Shown piece after piece: positions 11,901 through 20,142 of a stretch of 64,000 nt of DNA. This DNA is from an uncultured Chloroflexia bacterium (lineage in GTDB: Bacteria > Chloroflexota > Anaerolineae > Promineifilales > Promineifilaceae): positions 156,985 through 220,984 of the forward strand of contig CAVYDY010000004.1 of the NCBI GenBank assembly GCA_963767495.1, given 5' to 3'. Made by a program: the position numbers and the translations under genes. Each line of letters opens with the position of its first letter. Position 1 is the stretch's first letter. The notes beneath the pieces were generated by a model. That model ran no database searches, had not been told where the DNA came from, and saw only the letters and a list, made by a program, of their open reading frames with translations.

Positions 11901-12471
11901 CTTGAAGATGCCCGCTTTCTCCAGCCTGCCGCAGCTGACCTATTCCTATCTGCACGCCTTAAACGGCAATGAAGAAGAAGCACGGCGTCTGTTTCCGTCC
12001 AGTATCTACTCCCTGACCATCGCCAGGTCCGAACCAATTCTGTTTGGCCTGGCAGTTTCCACGGAACTGCTAATCACCCTCGCTGAAGAAGATTTCGCGG
12101 CGACGCTGAGCGGTGTCGATCAGGCACTGCGTGAGGCCAGGCAGAGCGGCCTGTCACTGCTCATCCCGGAACTGCAAATGATCAAAGCCCGGGCGCTGCA
12201 CGGCTTGAATCGCATCGATGAGGCGGCGCAGCTGCTCGCCGTCGCCGCGGAACATGCGCGCTCTTTTGGCGCGAAGAGGACTTTGCTGCCCATTCTCAGC
12301 CTGCAATCGCAGGTTGAGCAGGAGCAAGGCAATGAGCCTGCCGCAGCCGCCGCCCGGGCGGAAGGCCAGGCAGCAGCTGCCTTTATCGCCGGGCAGATCA
12401 GCGACCCCGATCTGCGCCGCAGCTTCTGGCAGACGGAGACGGCCGTACGGCTGAATGACGGCGCTGCCTGA
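8968..12471 (+). CDS. class III adenylate/guanylate cyclase domain fused to a STAND/AAA NTPase and TPR repeats
   Basis: Cyclase homology domain (ITLLFCDVTGSTAMAE..RLMGDAVLAFFGAP..GINTGPVVVGEIG..YTAMGDAVNLAARME). Walker A LTGEAGLGKSRL at aa ~260. Walker B VMVADDIHWSD. TPR-like C-terminal half. Starts 9 nt after the ZnF-UBP gene. Confidence 0.9.
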   Translation: MADQFTDAPQMPDGYADKLRQAQASRAMQGERRVITLLFCDVTGSTAMAEKLDPEEWAEIMNEAFQYMIAPIYTYEGTVARLMGDAVLAFFGAPIAHEDDPQRAVLAGLDIVTGIEQFAAEIEATYRMAFNVRVGINTGPVVVGEIGPDLAVEYTAMGDAVNLAARMEQTAEPGTVQIAENSYQLVEPFFNVTPLGPLAVKGKAQPVRAYRVDSIAAEPGSLRGLSGLDSPLVGREAELAQLRQIVSALRESERGQIVFLTGEAGLGKSRLIDELHTYWLATRQATPDGWRHWEQMAAVSFEASRPYGMIKHQLRSVCHISDSDTDEQARGKLAHTVSVFPPALQERLNLLYAILLGIGGEESELHPEGENFKRELFDAMLKANRLRAADQPTVMVADDIHWSDPASTEELENLLKLTLDLPILFLAIMRPERDSAAWAMKERVALDYAPQFSEINLRPLSSVESANLVDQLLPIEDMPTAVREMILQRTDGNPFFIEEVIRSLLDSGALQQSAGELHWNPGQSTAQISIPGNVQALLAARIDRLEKDSRHTLQLAAVIGRNFYRRVLDTISDTAAILDEQLRELEALAFIREAARLPEVEYAFRHALTRDAAYATILRRRRRQFHKRVGEAFEALFPDRLEEEAHRLAEHFSEALILDKAQHYYTMAGDHAGRLYANNEAIEHYGKAIRLARDSGTDQQLARLYKRLGRTYEADGHYDNALAMHKEMIALAEQRGAPSLKLQALLSEATIRGTFTDKFDARKGYALSNEALTLARELGDARAESKAYWNLSLLGTYAVQDVHQTIEHGEQAVSIARKHRLREELAYALHDLARPYAMAGRLADGQIALEEAAQLWRELGRSNMVADNRTTLAENLNLQGDLLNGINKCEEALRISRRTSSYWGQAYALATMAPMLLEIGRVDEALAAWDEGLDAAERANFSAPQVYARANLALSYAYLGDLERAFQVTDQAQRVVENLKMPAFSSLPQLTYSYLHALNGNEEEARRLFPSSIYSLTIARSEPILFGLAVSTELLITLAEEDFAATLSGVDQALREARQSGLSLLIPELQMIKARALHGLNRIDEAAQLLAVAAEHARSFGAKRTLLPILSLQSQVEQEQGNEPAAAAARAEGQAAAAFIAGQISDPDLRRSFWQTETAVRLNDGAA

Positions 12472-12568
12472 ACCACTCCCACACATCAAAAACCAGCGAC
12501 CTCATGCAAATCCGATCAACATAGCATATAATAAGATTTTGAACGCAAGCATCGGAGAATCCCAACCA

Positions 12569-13723
12569 TTGAAAAGCCTCGCCAGAAAGACAACTTTCTT
12601 TGCCGCCGTCTGCACCCTGCTGCTCCTCGTTGCTGCCTGCCAATCAGAAGCGCCGGCCGGGGATGAAATCGCCCAACTACCGGCAGCAGAGACACCAACG
12701 GCGGCGAATACAGCCGCTGCCACTCTTGAGCCCACGGCCACAGCCACAACCGCCGCGGCGGCGAGCGCTACGGCGACCGCCCTCCCCCCTGCGTCGCCAA
12801 CCAGCGTGCCGACATCAACGCTGCCGCCCGATCCAACAACCGCGGTCAAGCCCACAGATACAAGAGTACCACCAACGCCCGAGCCGATCGTCCCAACACG
12901 CACACCGGAGCCCACAGCGCCGCTTCCCGAATGGCTCGTCTACCTAAATCGCTTCCGCGCAATGGCCGCCCTATCCCCGGTGACCGACTGGGAGCCGTAC
13001 AACCAGGGCAGCGAGCTGCACAGCTACTATATGGTCACGACTGACAGCGCCATCGCCCACAGTCAGGATCCCGAGCACCCCTTGTTCGATGCCGCCGGCG
13101 ATCAGGCGGCGCGCAATGGGAATCTATTCGCTACCAGCCAGCTTGATGCCAACTTTGTCTGGAGCATGAATTTCTGGGCATCCGCTCCCTTCCATCTCAT
13201 CGGCATGCTCGATCCCAAACTCAGCCGCGTCGGTTATGGCGATCACGTAGAGGCAGCAGGCGATGTGAATATGGCCGCGGTTCTGGACATTGGTTCTGAC
13301 ACCGGACAGGACACCAGCACAGAATTTCCCATCACCTTCCCCGGCCCGGACAGCAGTACCTGGATCGTGCGCCACAGTCTCTTCGAATGGCCTGATCCTA
13401 TTGGCAGCTGTCCCGGTTTCTCCCGCCCATCCGGCGCGCCGATCGTTCTCTTCCTGGGCGATGGCTCGCTCACACCGCAGGTCGCCTCACACCGCCTGGC
13501 TTTGGGCGACAGCGTGCTGGAAACCTGCTTATTTGACGAGACCAGCTATCGCAACGCTGATCCCTATGCTGAACAGGTCGGCCGTACCATCCTGGATCTC
13601 AATGACGCCGTGGTGATCATCCCGCGCCAGCCCCTGGCCGCCGGCGAAACGTACACTGCCCAAGTCACGGCGGACGACCAGACCCATACGTGGAAGTTCC
13701 ACACCATCAAACGACCTGACTGA
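12569..13723 (+). CDS. secreted lipoprotein with Pro/Thr/Ala-rich linker and CAP/SCP (PR-1-like) domain
   Basis: An in-frame TTG at 12569 gives MKSLARKTTFFAAVCTLLLLVAAC (signal peptide plus lipobox). Then an A/T/P-rich linker. Then YLNRFRAMAALSPV...HSYYM...APFHLIGMLDPKLSRVGYG, which resembles CAP domains. Confidence 0.65.
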   Translation: MKSLARKTTFFAAVCTLLLLVAACQSEAPAGDEIAQLPAAETPTAANTAAATLEPTATATTAAAASATATALPPASPTSVPTSTLPPDPTTAVKPTDTRVPPTPEPIVPTRTPEPTAPLPEWLVYLNRFRAMAALSPVTDWEPYNQGSELHSYYMVTTDSAIAHSQDPEHPLFDAAGDQAARNGNLFATSQLDANFVWSMNFWASAPFHLIGMLDPKLSRVGYGDHVEAAGDVNMAAVLDIGSDTGQDTSTEFPITFPGPDSSTWIVRHSLFEWPDPIGSCPGFSRPSGAPIVLFLGDGSLTPQVASHRLALGDSVLETCLFDETSYRNADPYAEQVGRTILDLNDAVVIIPRQPLAAGETYTAQVTADDQTHTWKFHTIKRPD

Positions 13724-13817
13724 ACCCTGCTTGCGCAGGAGACAAGTTCACGGACCCGGACGTCAACGGCCGGGTCATTTTGTTTTCCGTCAGCTGTTTT
13801 CTGTTGATTGTCGACCG

Positions 13818-14120
13818 CTAGCCCGATTTCGGAACCAGATCCTCATACTGCGGATGCCGTTCAATATAGGCGCGGATAAAGGGGCATCGTGGGATCACTT
13901 TCAGATCATTGTCGCGGGCGTAATCCAATACATAACGCGCCAGATAGCTGGCGATGCCATGCCCTTTCATGGTGAAGGGCACCACCGTATGTGTGAAAAT
14001 GATCTGCGTCGGGCCCAACATCACGTAGTTGACGCGGGCCATATGATCGTCCACGTGCAGCTCAAAACGCTGCGCTGATTCATTCTTGATGACTTCATAC
14101 TCGGGGGAAGATTCGCTCAT
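13818..14120 (-). CDS. small GNAT-like acetyltransferase (YjdJ / Acetyltransf_CG type)
   Basis: MSESSPEYEVIKNESAQRFEL...FTHTVVPFTMKGHGIASYLARYVLDYARDNDLKVIPRCPF matches the single-domain GNAT-like family. Start taken at the internal ATG at 14120. Confidence 0.7.
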   Translation of the reverse strand: MSESSPEYEVIKNESAQRFELHVDDHMARVNYVMLGPTQIIFTHTVVPFTMKGHGIASYLARYVLDYARDNDLKVIPRCPFIRAYIERHPQYEDLVPKSG

Positions 14121-14149
14121 TCTTGGTTCTCCAAACTGGGGTTTCGTTC

Positions 14150-14422
14150 TCAATGACGGCCGTATCGCGCATCTGCCCGCGCCTTCGCCTTCGCCGCCTC
14201 AATCTCACGGTCGCGCGCCGGCGCCTTCGTCACCAGACTGTCCAGCAGCCGCTGCGTCACCTGCGCCACTTCGGAAACCGCCGCTTCAAACGCCGCGTCA
14301 TTCGCCTGCGAAGGAATGCGAAAGCCGCTTACTTTGCGCACATACTGCTGCGCTGCGCCCAGCACTTCCTCTTCCGTTGCCGGCGGATCATAGTTGAACA
14401 AAGTCTTGATATTGCGGCACAT
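14150..14422 (-). CDS. DUF2277 family protein
   Basis: MCRNIKTLFNYDPPATEEEV...REIEAAKAKARA is the characteristic DUF2277 sequence. The track ORF extension up to 14770 is Arg/Gly-rich and not protein-like. Confidence 0.75.
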   Translation of the reverse strand: MCRNIKTLFNYDPPATEEEVLGAAQQYVRKVSGFRIPSQANDAAFEAAVSEVAQVTQRLLDSLVTKAPARDREIEAAKAKARADARYGRH

Positions 14423-14568
14423 CCTCACGCTCCTGACCAACAGTAGTATAATACAACGGCTTCCAACTTTACCCAGTTCACGCCAGGATGCAAGGGAAGT
14501 GGGGAATTCGCATGGCAGGGGGCGGCGTCGCGAGACACGCCTTGTACCCTGTTGTCGTCTTATGCTGC

Positions 14569-15561
14569 CTATTGATTGTTGATCAAGGCGTCGGCCGCCG
14601 CCAGCCCCGACAATACCGCCCCTTCCACACGGGGGCCGCCAAAAACATCGCCGGCAAACAGAAGCTGCGGCCGTCCGGGGATCTGCACGGTGCGCTGTTC
14701 CACGACATCCGTAGGAATGCTGTACTGCCAACGCTCCAGCGTCCAGGCGTTCACCGGCGCTTCGAGCCAATAGGAAGCCGCATCCAGCAGCAGTTCCGCC
14801 ACCTGCTGATCAGCCGTTCCCCAATGCTCCACACTGAACTGCGGTCCGGCATGGATCGTGACCGCGAAGCTGTCTGGCGACACGCCCTTCTGCCTGTTAT
14901 CACCGATAAAGGTGATTGGCTCGCCATGCAGCTGCAGGCCGCCCGGCGGAGGCAGCTTGCTCGCCTCTTGTAGTTCAACCAGCAGCGCCAGGCAGGGCGC
15001 GTAGCTGATTGAGTCAAATTGCGCCCGGTATGCTTCTGGGAGCTGGCAGCCGCCGGCCGCCAGCAGATCCAGAGACAGCGGCAAGGGCGGTGTCAGCAGC
15101 AGAGCACGGCCGTCTATGCTGTCACCCCCGCCTAAAGTCAGCCGCCAGACATCATTGACAACCGCCGCGGCTTCCACGTGCCGGTTCACACGCACATCAA
15201 GCCCAGCAGCCAAGTAAGCCGGGATGCTGTCCATCCCCGGAACGCCGCGGTAGCGCGGATACCCATCCTCGCGTGTCCGGCCCGACGCCCGCGTAAACCC
15301 CCTGCTCCACAGACCGGCGACGCCGACGTCCAGCCAGTCATCAACCATCCGCCGGAAACGCGGCTCGCGCACGGTGAAGAACTGTGCGCCGCTGTCGAAA
15401 CGGCTGCTGCCGGCCGTCCGTGTCGCCATTCGCCCGCCAACTTCTGCCGCGGTCTCCAGGACGATCACCTTATGCCCATGCGCGCGCAGCTCCCGCGCCG
15501 CCACCAGGCCGGATAGTCCTGCACCAACAACAACAATAGGATCAAATGAGTTTGTCATCAA
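14569..15561 (-). CDS. NAD(P)/FAD-dependent oxidoreductase (renalase/amine-oxidase-like)
   Basis: N-terminal dinucleotide fold IVVVGAGLSGLVAARELRAHGHKVIVLETAAEVGGR. C-terminal FAGD motif. Confidence 0.8.
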   Translation of the reverse strand: MMTNSFDPIVVVGAGLSGLVAARELRAHGHKVIVLETAAEVGGRMATRTAGSSRFDSGAQFFTVREPRFRRMVDDWLDVGVAGLWSRGFTRASGRTREDGYPRYRGVPGMDSIPAYLAAGLDVRVNRHVEAAAVVNDVWRLTLGGGDSIDGRALLLTPPLPLSLDLLAAGGCQLPEAYRAQFDSISYAPCLALLVELQEASKLPPPGGLQLHGEPITFIGDNRQKGVSPDSFAVTIHAGPQFSVEHWGTADQQVAELLLDAASYWLEAPVNAWTLERWQYSIPTDVVEQRTVQIPGRPQLLFAGDVFGGPRVEGAVLSGLAAADALINNQ

Positions 15562-15665
15562 TCAATGTATAGAAACAGTAGGAACAAAAGACAGAAAACG
15601 AAGCGTTGATCTCTTGTCTTGCACGCTGCGATCCGGAATCAGAATTCCGATTTCCATAACCACCT

Positions 15666-18139
15666 TCAGTCCAGGTTCACCCTACGCAGCCGCAGCGCAT
15701 TCATCACCACGCTGAAGCTGGAAAATGCCATCGCCCCCGCGGCCAGCATCGGATGAAGCTGGCGCAGGAAATCGGGCGCCCAGGTGAAGGGCGCCAAAAT
15801 ACCGGCGGCGATGGGAATCAGGGCCACGTTATAGCCAAACGCCCAACCCAGATTCTGGTGGATATTGCGCATCGTCGCCTTGGACAGGGTAAGCGCTTGG
15901 GGCACGCTGCGCAGATCGCCGCGCATCAAAATCACATCGGCCGTTTCTACAGCGACATCCGTCCCTGTGCCGATCGCCATGCCCACATCCGCCTGCGCCA
16001 ATGCCGGCGCATCGTTAATGCCGTCGCCGACCATGGCCACGATCCGCCCTTCTTCCTGCAGCTGCTTGACGTAGGCCGCTTTCTCGCCGGGCAGCACCTC
16101 GGCAAAGACGCGGTCTACGCCGGCCAGCCCGGCAATTGCCTTCGCCGTCGCTTCATTGTCGCCGGTCATCATCACCACGTCGAGGCCCATCTCCTGCAGG
16201 CGTTCCACCGCCTCACGCGAACCCTCCTTGATCGTGTCCGCCACGGCGATCAGCGCCGCCGCCTGACCATCAACAGCGAGCCACATCGCCGTCTTCGCCT
16301 CCGCTTGCAGCGCCGCCGCCTTGGGACCCAGGCCGTTCATAGCGACTGCCTCACGCTCCATCAGACGCTGGTTGCCCAAGAGAATGTGTTTGCCGTCCAC
16401 GGTAGCCGCAATGCCAAATCCGGCAATGCCTTCAAACGTATCCGGCATGCGCAGGGCCAGCCCCTGCTCCTCAGCAGATCGCACGATGGCCTCGCCCAGG
16501 GGATGTTCCGAACCGCGTTCGGCCGAAGCGGCCAGCTGCAGGAGATCGGCGCCGTCCAGAGCCGCCTGCTCGCTGAGCAGCACATCGGTCACCGCCGGTT
16601 CACCGCGCGTAATCGTACCCGTCTTGTCGAGGACAATCGTATCCAGATCATGCGCCTGTTCCAGCGCGGTGCTGTTGCGGAACAAGATGCCATATTCGGC
16701 GCCCTTACCCATACCCACCGTGATCGAGGTCGGTGTGGCCAGCCCCATGGCGCATGGGCAGGCGATAACGAGCACCGCTACCATGCGAATCAGCGCCTGC
16801 ACGGGATCACCCGTCGTCAGGTACCAGATGGCGAAAGTGAGCAGCGCGGTGATGATCACGAACGGTACAAAATAGGCGGCCACGCGGTCTACCACGCTTT
16901 GGATCGGCGCCTTGCTGCCCTGTGCCTGTTCGACAAGAGTGATGATCTGCGCCAGCGCCGTCTCTTTGCCCACGCGCGTCGCTTCGATGGTCAGCATGCC
17001 CTGCTTATTGATCGTTGCCCCGATCACTTCATCGCCGGCGGCCTTACTGACCGGCAGGCTTTCGCCGGTGATCATGCCCTCGTCTACCGCCGAACGGCCG
17101 TCCACGACGAGGCCGTCCACCGGGATCTCTTCCCCGGCCGTACGATCACCCGATCACCGACCAGCACCTCTTCGACAGGCACATCAATCGTCATGCCATC
17201 CCGCTCTACGCGCGCCGTCTTCGCCTGCAGGCCGGCCAGCTTGCGAATCGCCTCGCTCGTCTGGCCCTTGGCCCGCGCTTCGAGCAGTTTCCCGAGCACA
17301 ATCAGCGTAATAATCACCGCCGCTGTCTCGAAATAGACATGGGTACCCAAAGCGGTCGAGCCCATGGCCAGAGCGATCATCACGGCGATACTGAAGAAGT
17401 AGGCCACTGAGGAGCCCATCACCACCAACACATCCATGTTGGCGCTGCCGTTGCGCAGGCTCTTGTAAGCGCCGACATAATAATCCCACCCGACATAGAA
17501 CTGCACCGGTGTGGCCAGAGCGAGGAAAAGCCAGTTGACCCACGGTTCGTGCGACCACGCGCCCAGCAGCCCGAAATCGCGCGCCATGCTCAAGACAAAC
17601 AACGGCACCGTGAAGATCAGGCCGACCAGCAGCCGCTTCTGCTGGTGGTGAATCTCTGCCTCGCGCGCCGCCGCTTCAGCGTCTTCCATCACCTCGCCGT
17701 CGCCGCTGTCGACGACGTCATACCCCGCCCTGCGCACCACGGCCGCCAGTTCAGCGCGGGTGGTCACGCCCGGCGCATACGTAACCGAAGCCTTATTGGT
17801 TGCATAATTAACCGTCGCTTCAAGCACACCGTCCGATTTGTTCAGCCGCCGCTCAATGGTCGACGCGCAGTTGGCGCAGGTCATCCCCAGCAGAGGCAGT
17901 TCTACAGTCGCCGTAGGCACCTTGTAACCAGCGCGCTCCACGCGAGCGATCACAGTTGCCGTCGCCTCCCCCGCGCTGACCAGCGCCGGATCATAGGTGA
18001 AGGTCACCTTCTCACTGGCATAGTTAACCGCGGCGCCGCTGACGCCCTCCACCTTCTTGGCGTTGCGTTCCACCGCCGCCACGCAGTTGGCGCAGGTCAT
18101 GCCCAGCACAGGCAGGGTAATTTGCTTTGAATCACTCAT
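15666..18139 (-). pseudogene. copA: copper-translocating P1B-type ATPase CopA, interrupted by a 1-nt frameshift (ORF pieces 17084..18139 and 15666..17120)
   Basis: Two HMA domains (GMTCANCVAAVE and GMTCANCASTIE). [22 protein letters not shown] motifs. The reading frame breaks in RPG|KRSRW, where [15 protein letters not shown] is expected. Adding one G to the GGGG run (plus-strand CCCC at 17132-17135) restores the frame. Confidence 0.9.
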
Positions 18140-18285
18140 TTAACAGCCTATTAGCTTGTCAGCGGTCAGCACCTAACCTGAAGAAGCAAAATTCCTTCAC
18201 AATGGATCAGTGCCGACTTGCGTTGGGCACGTTCCGTGCCCATGCCGCACTCCGCGCAGCCAAACCCACAATACATAAACAGAAA

Positions 18286-18522
18286 TCAGTCAATCTGCAT
18301 CAACTGCTGCGGCGGATAGTTGATTTCCGTCAGCAGAGATTCAATCGATTCCCACGTCGCCGGCGCATCCCAGGATACAGTCACCTGTTTGCTCTCCTGT
18401 TCCGCTTTCACACTGCTCACGCCTTCCAGGTCGGTCAGCTCAAGTTCAATCGTGCTCGTGCAATGCCCACAACTAATACTCGGTACCACAAAAGTTTTCG
18501 TCGTCATAATTTTATTCTCCAT
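18286..18522 (-). CDS. copZ: copper chaperone CopZ (HMA domain)
   Basis: The ferredoxin-like HMA fold motif appears as SCGHC (SISCGHCTSTIE). The true start may be the second ATG at 18507, which has GGAG upstream. Confidence 0.8.
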   Translation of the reverse strand: MENKIMTTKTFVVPSISCGHCTSTIELELTDLEGVSSVKAEQESKQVTVSWDAPATWESIESLLTEINYPPQQLMQID

Positions 18523-18638
18523 CTATCTCGCAGCCGCGGCATCGTTGCCGCGCACATTTTCTAGACCTCCGAGGTTTACGAACTTACCCACAGGCAGAAG
18601 GTTCCGCGAAGCTTCGGAGGTTTCTGTTGATCTTCGCT

Positions 18639-18920
18639 TCACCGCTTGTTCGTCACCGCGAACACACTGGTTATTTCTTCCAGCACCCGCTCGCGATCAT
18701 CCGCATCTTCGCCGCGCACGGCCGTTGTCACGCAGGTATGCAAATGATTATCCAGGATAATCGTATTCACCTTGCTCAGCGCCGCCTGCACCGCCTGAAT
18801 CTGCTTGATCACATCAATGCAGTACTGGTCTTCTTCCACCATGCGCGCGATGCCGTTAATGTGCCCCGCCGCGCTGGCAAGCCGCTGTTCAACCCCCTTT
18901 TTCGTCGCTTCATCCATCAT
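18639..18920 (-). CDS. csoR: CsoR/RcnR-family metal-sensing transcriptional repressor
   Basis: MMDEATKKGVEQRLASAAGHINGIARMVEEDQYCIDVIKQIQAVQAAL...HLHTC carries the C-H-C metal ligand pattern of CsoR. Start taken at the ATG at 18920. Confidence 0.85.
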   Translation of the reverse strand: MMDEATKKGVEQRLASAAGHINGIARMVEEDQYCIDVIKQIQAVQAALSKVNTIILDNHLHTCVTTAVRGEDADDRERVLEEITSVFAVTNKR

Positions 18921-18938
18921 ATGACACCTACTTATCCC

Positions 18939-18960
18939 TACCCCCCAGGGGGAGGGGGTA
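18939..18960 (-). promoter_or_regulatory. CsoR-type operator (GC-tract inverted repeat TACCCCC-N8-GGGGGTA)
   Basis: The plus strand reads TACCCCCCAGGGGGAGGGGGTA, 19 nt upstream of the csoR start. It resembles the known CsoR boxes (TACCC..GGGTA with a G/C tract). Confidence 0.65.
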
Positions 18961-18965
18961 AGTTG

Positions 18966-18994
18966 AGTATAGACCATTCCCCTTCCAGAAACAA
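18966..18994 (-). promoter_or_regulatory. candidate sigma-70 promoter of the csoR-copZ-copA operon
   Basis: On the minus strand: TTGTTT (18989-18994), 17-nt spacer, TATACT (18966-18971). It lies immediately upstream of the operator. Confidence 0.45.
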
Positions 18995-18998
18995 GCAG

Positions 18999-19040
18999 AG
19001 ACGCAAGATCTTGCCTCACTCTCAGCAAGATCATGCGTCT
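18999..19040 (-). terminator. 16-bp hairpin downstream of the DsrE-like gene
   Basis: AGACGCAAGATCTTGC - 10-nt loop - GCAAGATCATGCGTCT (one mismatch). A T-rich stretch follows on the minus strand. Confidence 0.5.
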
Positions 19041-19104
19041 CTCTCACGGACGCGCCACCTATGAAGGGGCGAAGCACGCCGCCCAGCAGCGGCTGTGACT
19101 TCCG

Positions 19105-19506
19105 CTACAGCGTAATGACCTGGTCCGGCATGTTTCCCGCCAGAGCCGCGTAAAGATCGGGGAAACAGCCGACCTGCACGCCCGCGACCGTATTGACCGT
19201 ATGGCATTTCCCTGGTTCCGTGCGGCCCGTCCCATCAGGCGCGCACCAGCGCGGTTCGCCCTCCGCCAGATTACGCTCCAGCGCACACATATCACACATC
19301 ATCAGAAGCATGCCCGTATCGGCGGCAACCCTGGCCAACCGCTCGCCAATTGGATCGCCCTGGCGCAGGATGAATGTGTTGTCGTCGAAGAAGAACATGC
19401 CCACAACCTCGACCCCGTGGGTGCCTGCTTCCAACTGCGGCAGGATCATTTGTCCCACCTTGTAACTGGCGGCGCGTGGATTGGCGAATACATAGGCTAC
19501 TTTCAT
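19105..19506 (-). CDS. DsrE/DsrF-like family protein
   Basis: MKVAYVFANP...GVEVVGMFFFDDN...MMCDMCALERN resembles the DsrE-fold small proteins. ATG at 19506 is preceded by AAGAGGA. Confidence 0.5.
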   Translation of the reverse strand: MKVAYVFANPRAASYKVGQMILPQLEAGTHGVEVVGMFFFDDNTFILRQGDPIGERLARVAADTGMLLMMCDMCALERNLAEGEPRWCAPDGTGRTEPGKCHTVNTVAGVQVGCFPDLYAALAGNMPDQVITL

Positions 19507-19755
19507 GATCATCCTCTTCTTGATTAGATTGCTGCTATTGCCGGCTCGGATTGTGGGGACGGCCGTCTGTATCTGCGAGCGCGATCCCATCGTATCATAG
19601 GATACACTCATCACTAAATCAACTCACGGAGCGCGGCCAGACTGCCCAGAGCAGCACGCAGATTAGACAATCCAGGCACCTGAGTGCTTTCATTGACCAC
19701 GGCAGACTGCTAAGATGCTTCTTTGACAAACAACTCAGTTCAAGGAGAAACAGAA

Positions 19756-19971
19756 ATGGCTGGAAAACTACTCGCTGCAGGCATCATCTTACTTATCACC
19801 GGCACAATCGGCCGGCTGTACGCCGCCAACTATACATACGTAGACGCGGACAACATCCTGCGCGACAGCGCATGGCTGCCGATCGGCAGCCTGATGATGC
19901 TGGTTGGGGCTGTTTTGCTGCTGGTTTCGGCCGTGCTCTATGGCGTCACCTATGTAAGAGGAACGGGCTAA
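19756..19971 (+). CDS. small two-helix membrane protein
   Basis: MAGKLLAAGIILLITGTIG... and ...LMMLVGAVLLLVSAVLYG are hydrophobic helices. AAGGAG sits 7 nt upstream of the ATG at 19756. Confidence 0.5.
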   Translation: MAGKLLAAGIILLITGTIGRLYAANYTYVDADNILRDSAWLPIGSLMMLVGAVLLLVSAVLYGVTYVRGTG

Positions 19972-20142
19972 GCACAGCCCTCGATCACCGCTGCGCCCAT
20001 CTCTTGACAAGCCACCCGATCCGGCTACCATCCCCCAAAAAAGGAGAGCGCAATCGACAAAGCTGACAGCATGCGGGCAGCCTGCCATCCGCGGACTGCT
20101 CGTTTTCCGCTTTCAGTCTTCCGTTGACTGTTAACCGTTGGC

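Noticed and set aside
12455-12568. ATG-less long start of the CAP lipoprotein overlapping the cyclase gene end
   Set aside because: An in-frame TTG at 12569 yields a canonical signal peptide and lipobox. The extension has no such features.
14423-14770. N-terminal extension of the DUF2277 ORF (track ORF 14150..14770)
   Set aside because: The extension is Arg/Gly/Cys-rich and overlaps the 3' end of the oxidoreductase gene. The conserved family sequence begins exactly at MCRNIKT (ATG at 14422).
15753-17336. 527-aa plus-strand ORF (and other long antisense ORFs: 1420..2265, 9022..9690, 29599..30456, 32062..32853, 42938..43711, 46648..47331, 25325..25951)
   Set aside because: Each lies entirely antisense to a gene with clear catalytic motifs. 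Each has an Arg/Gly/His/Pro-rich, low-complexity composition typical of shadow frames in GC-rich DNA.
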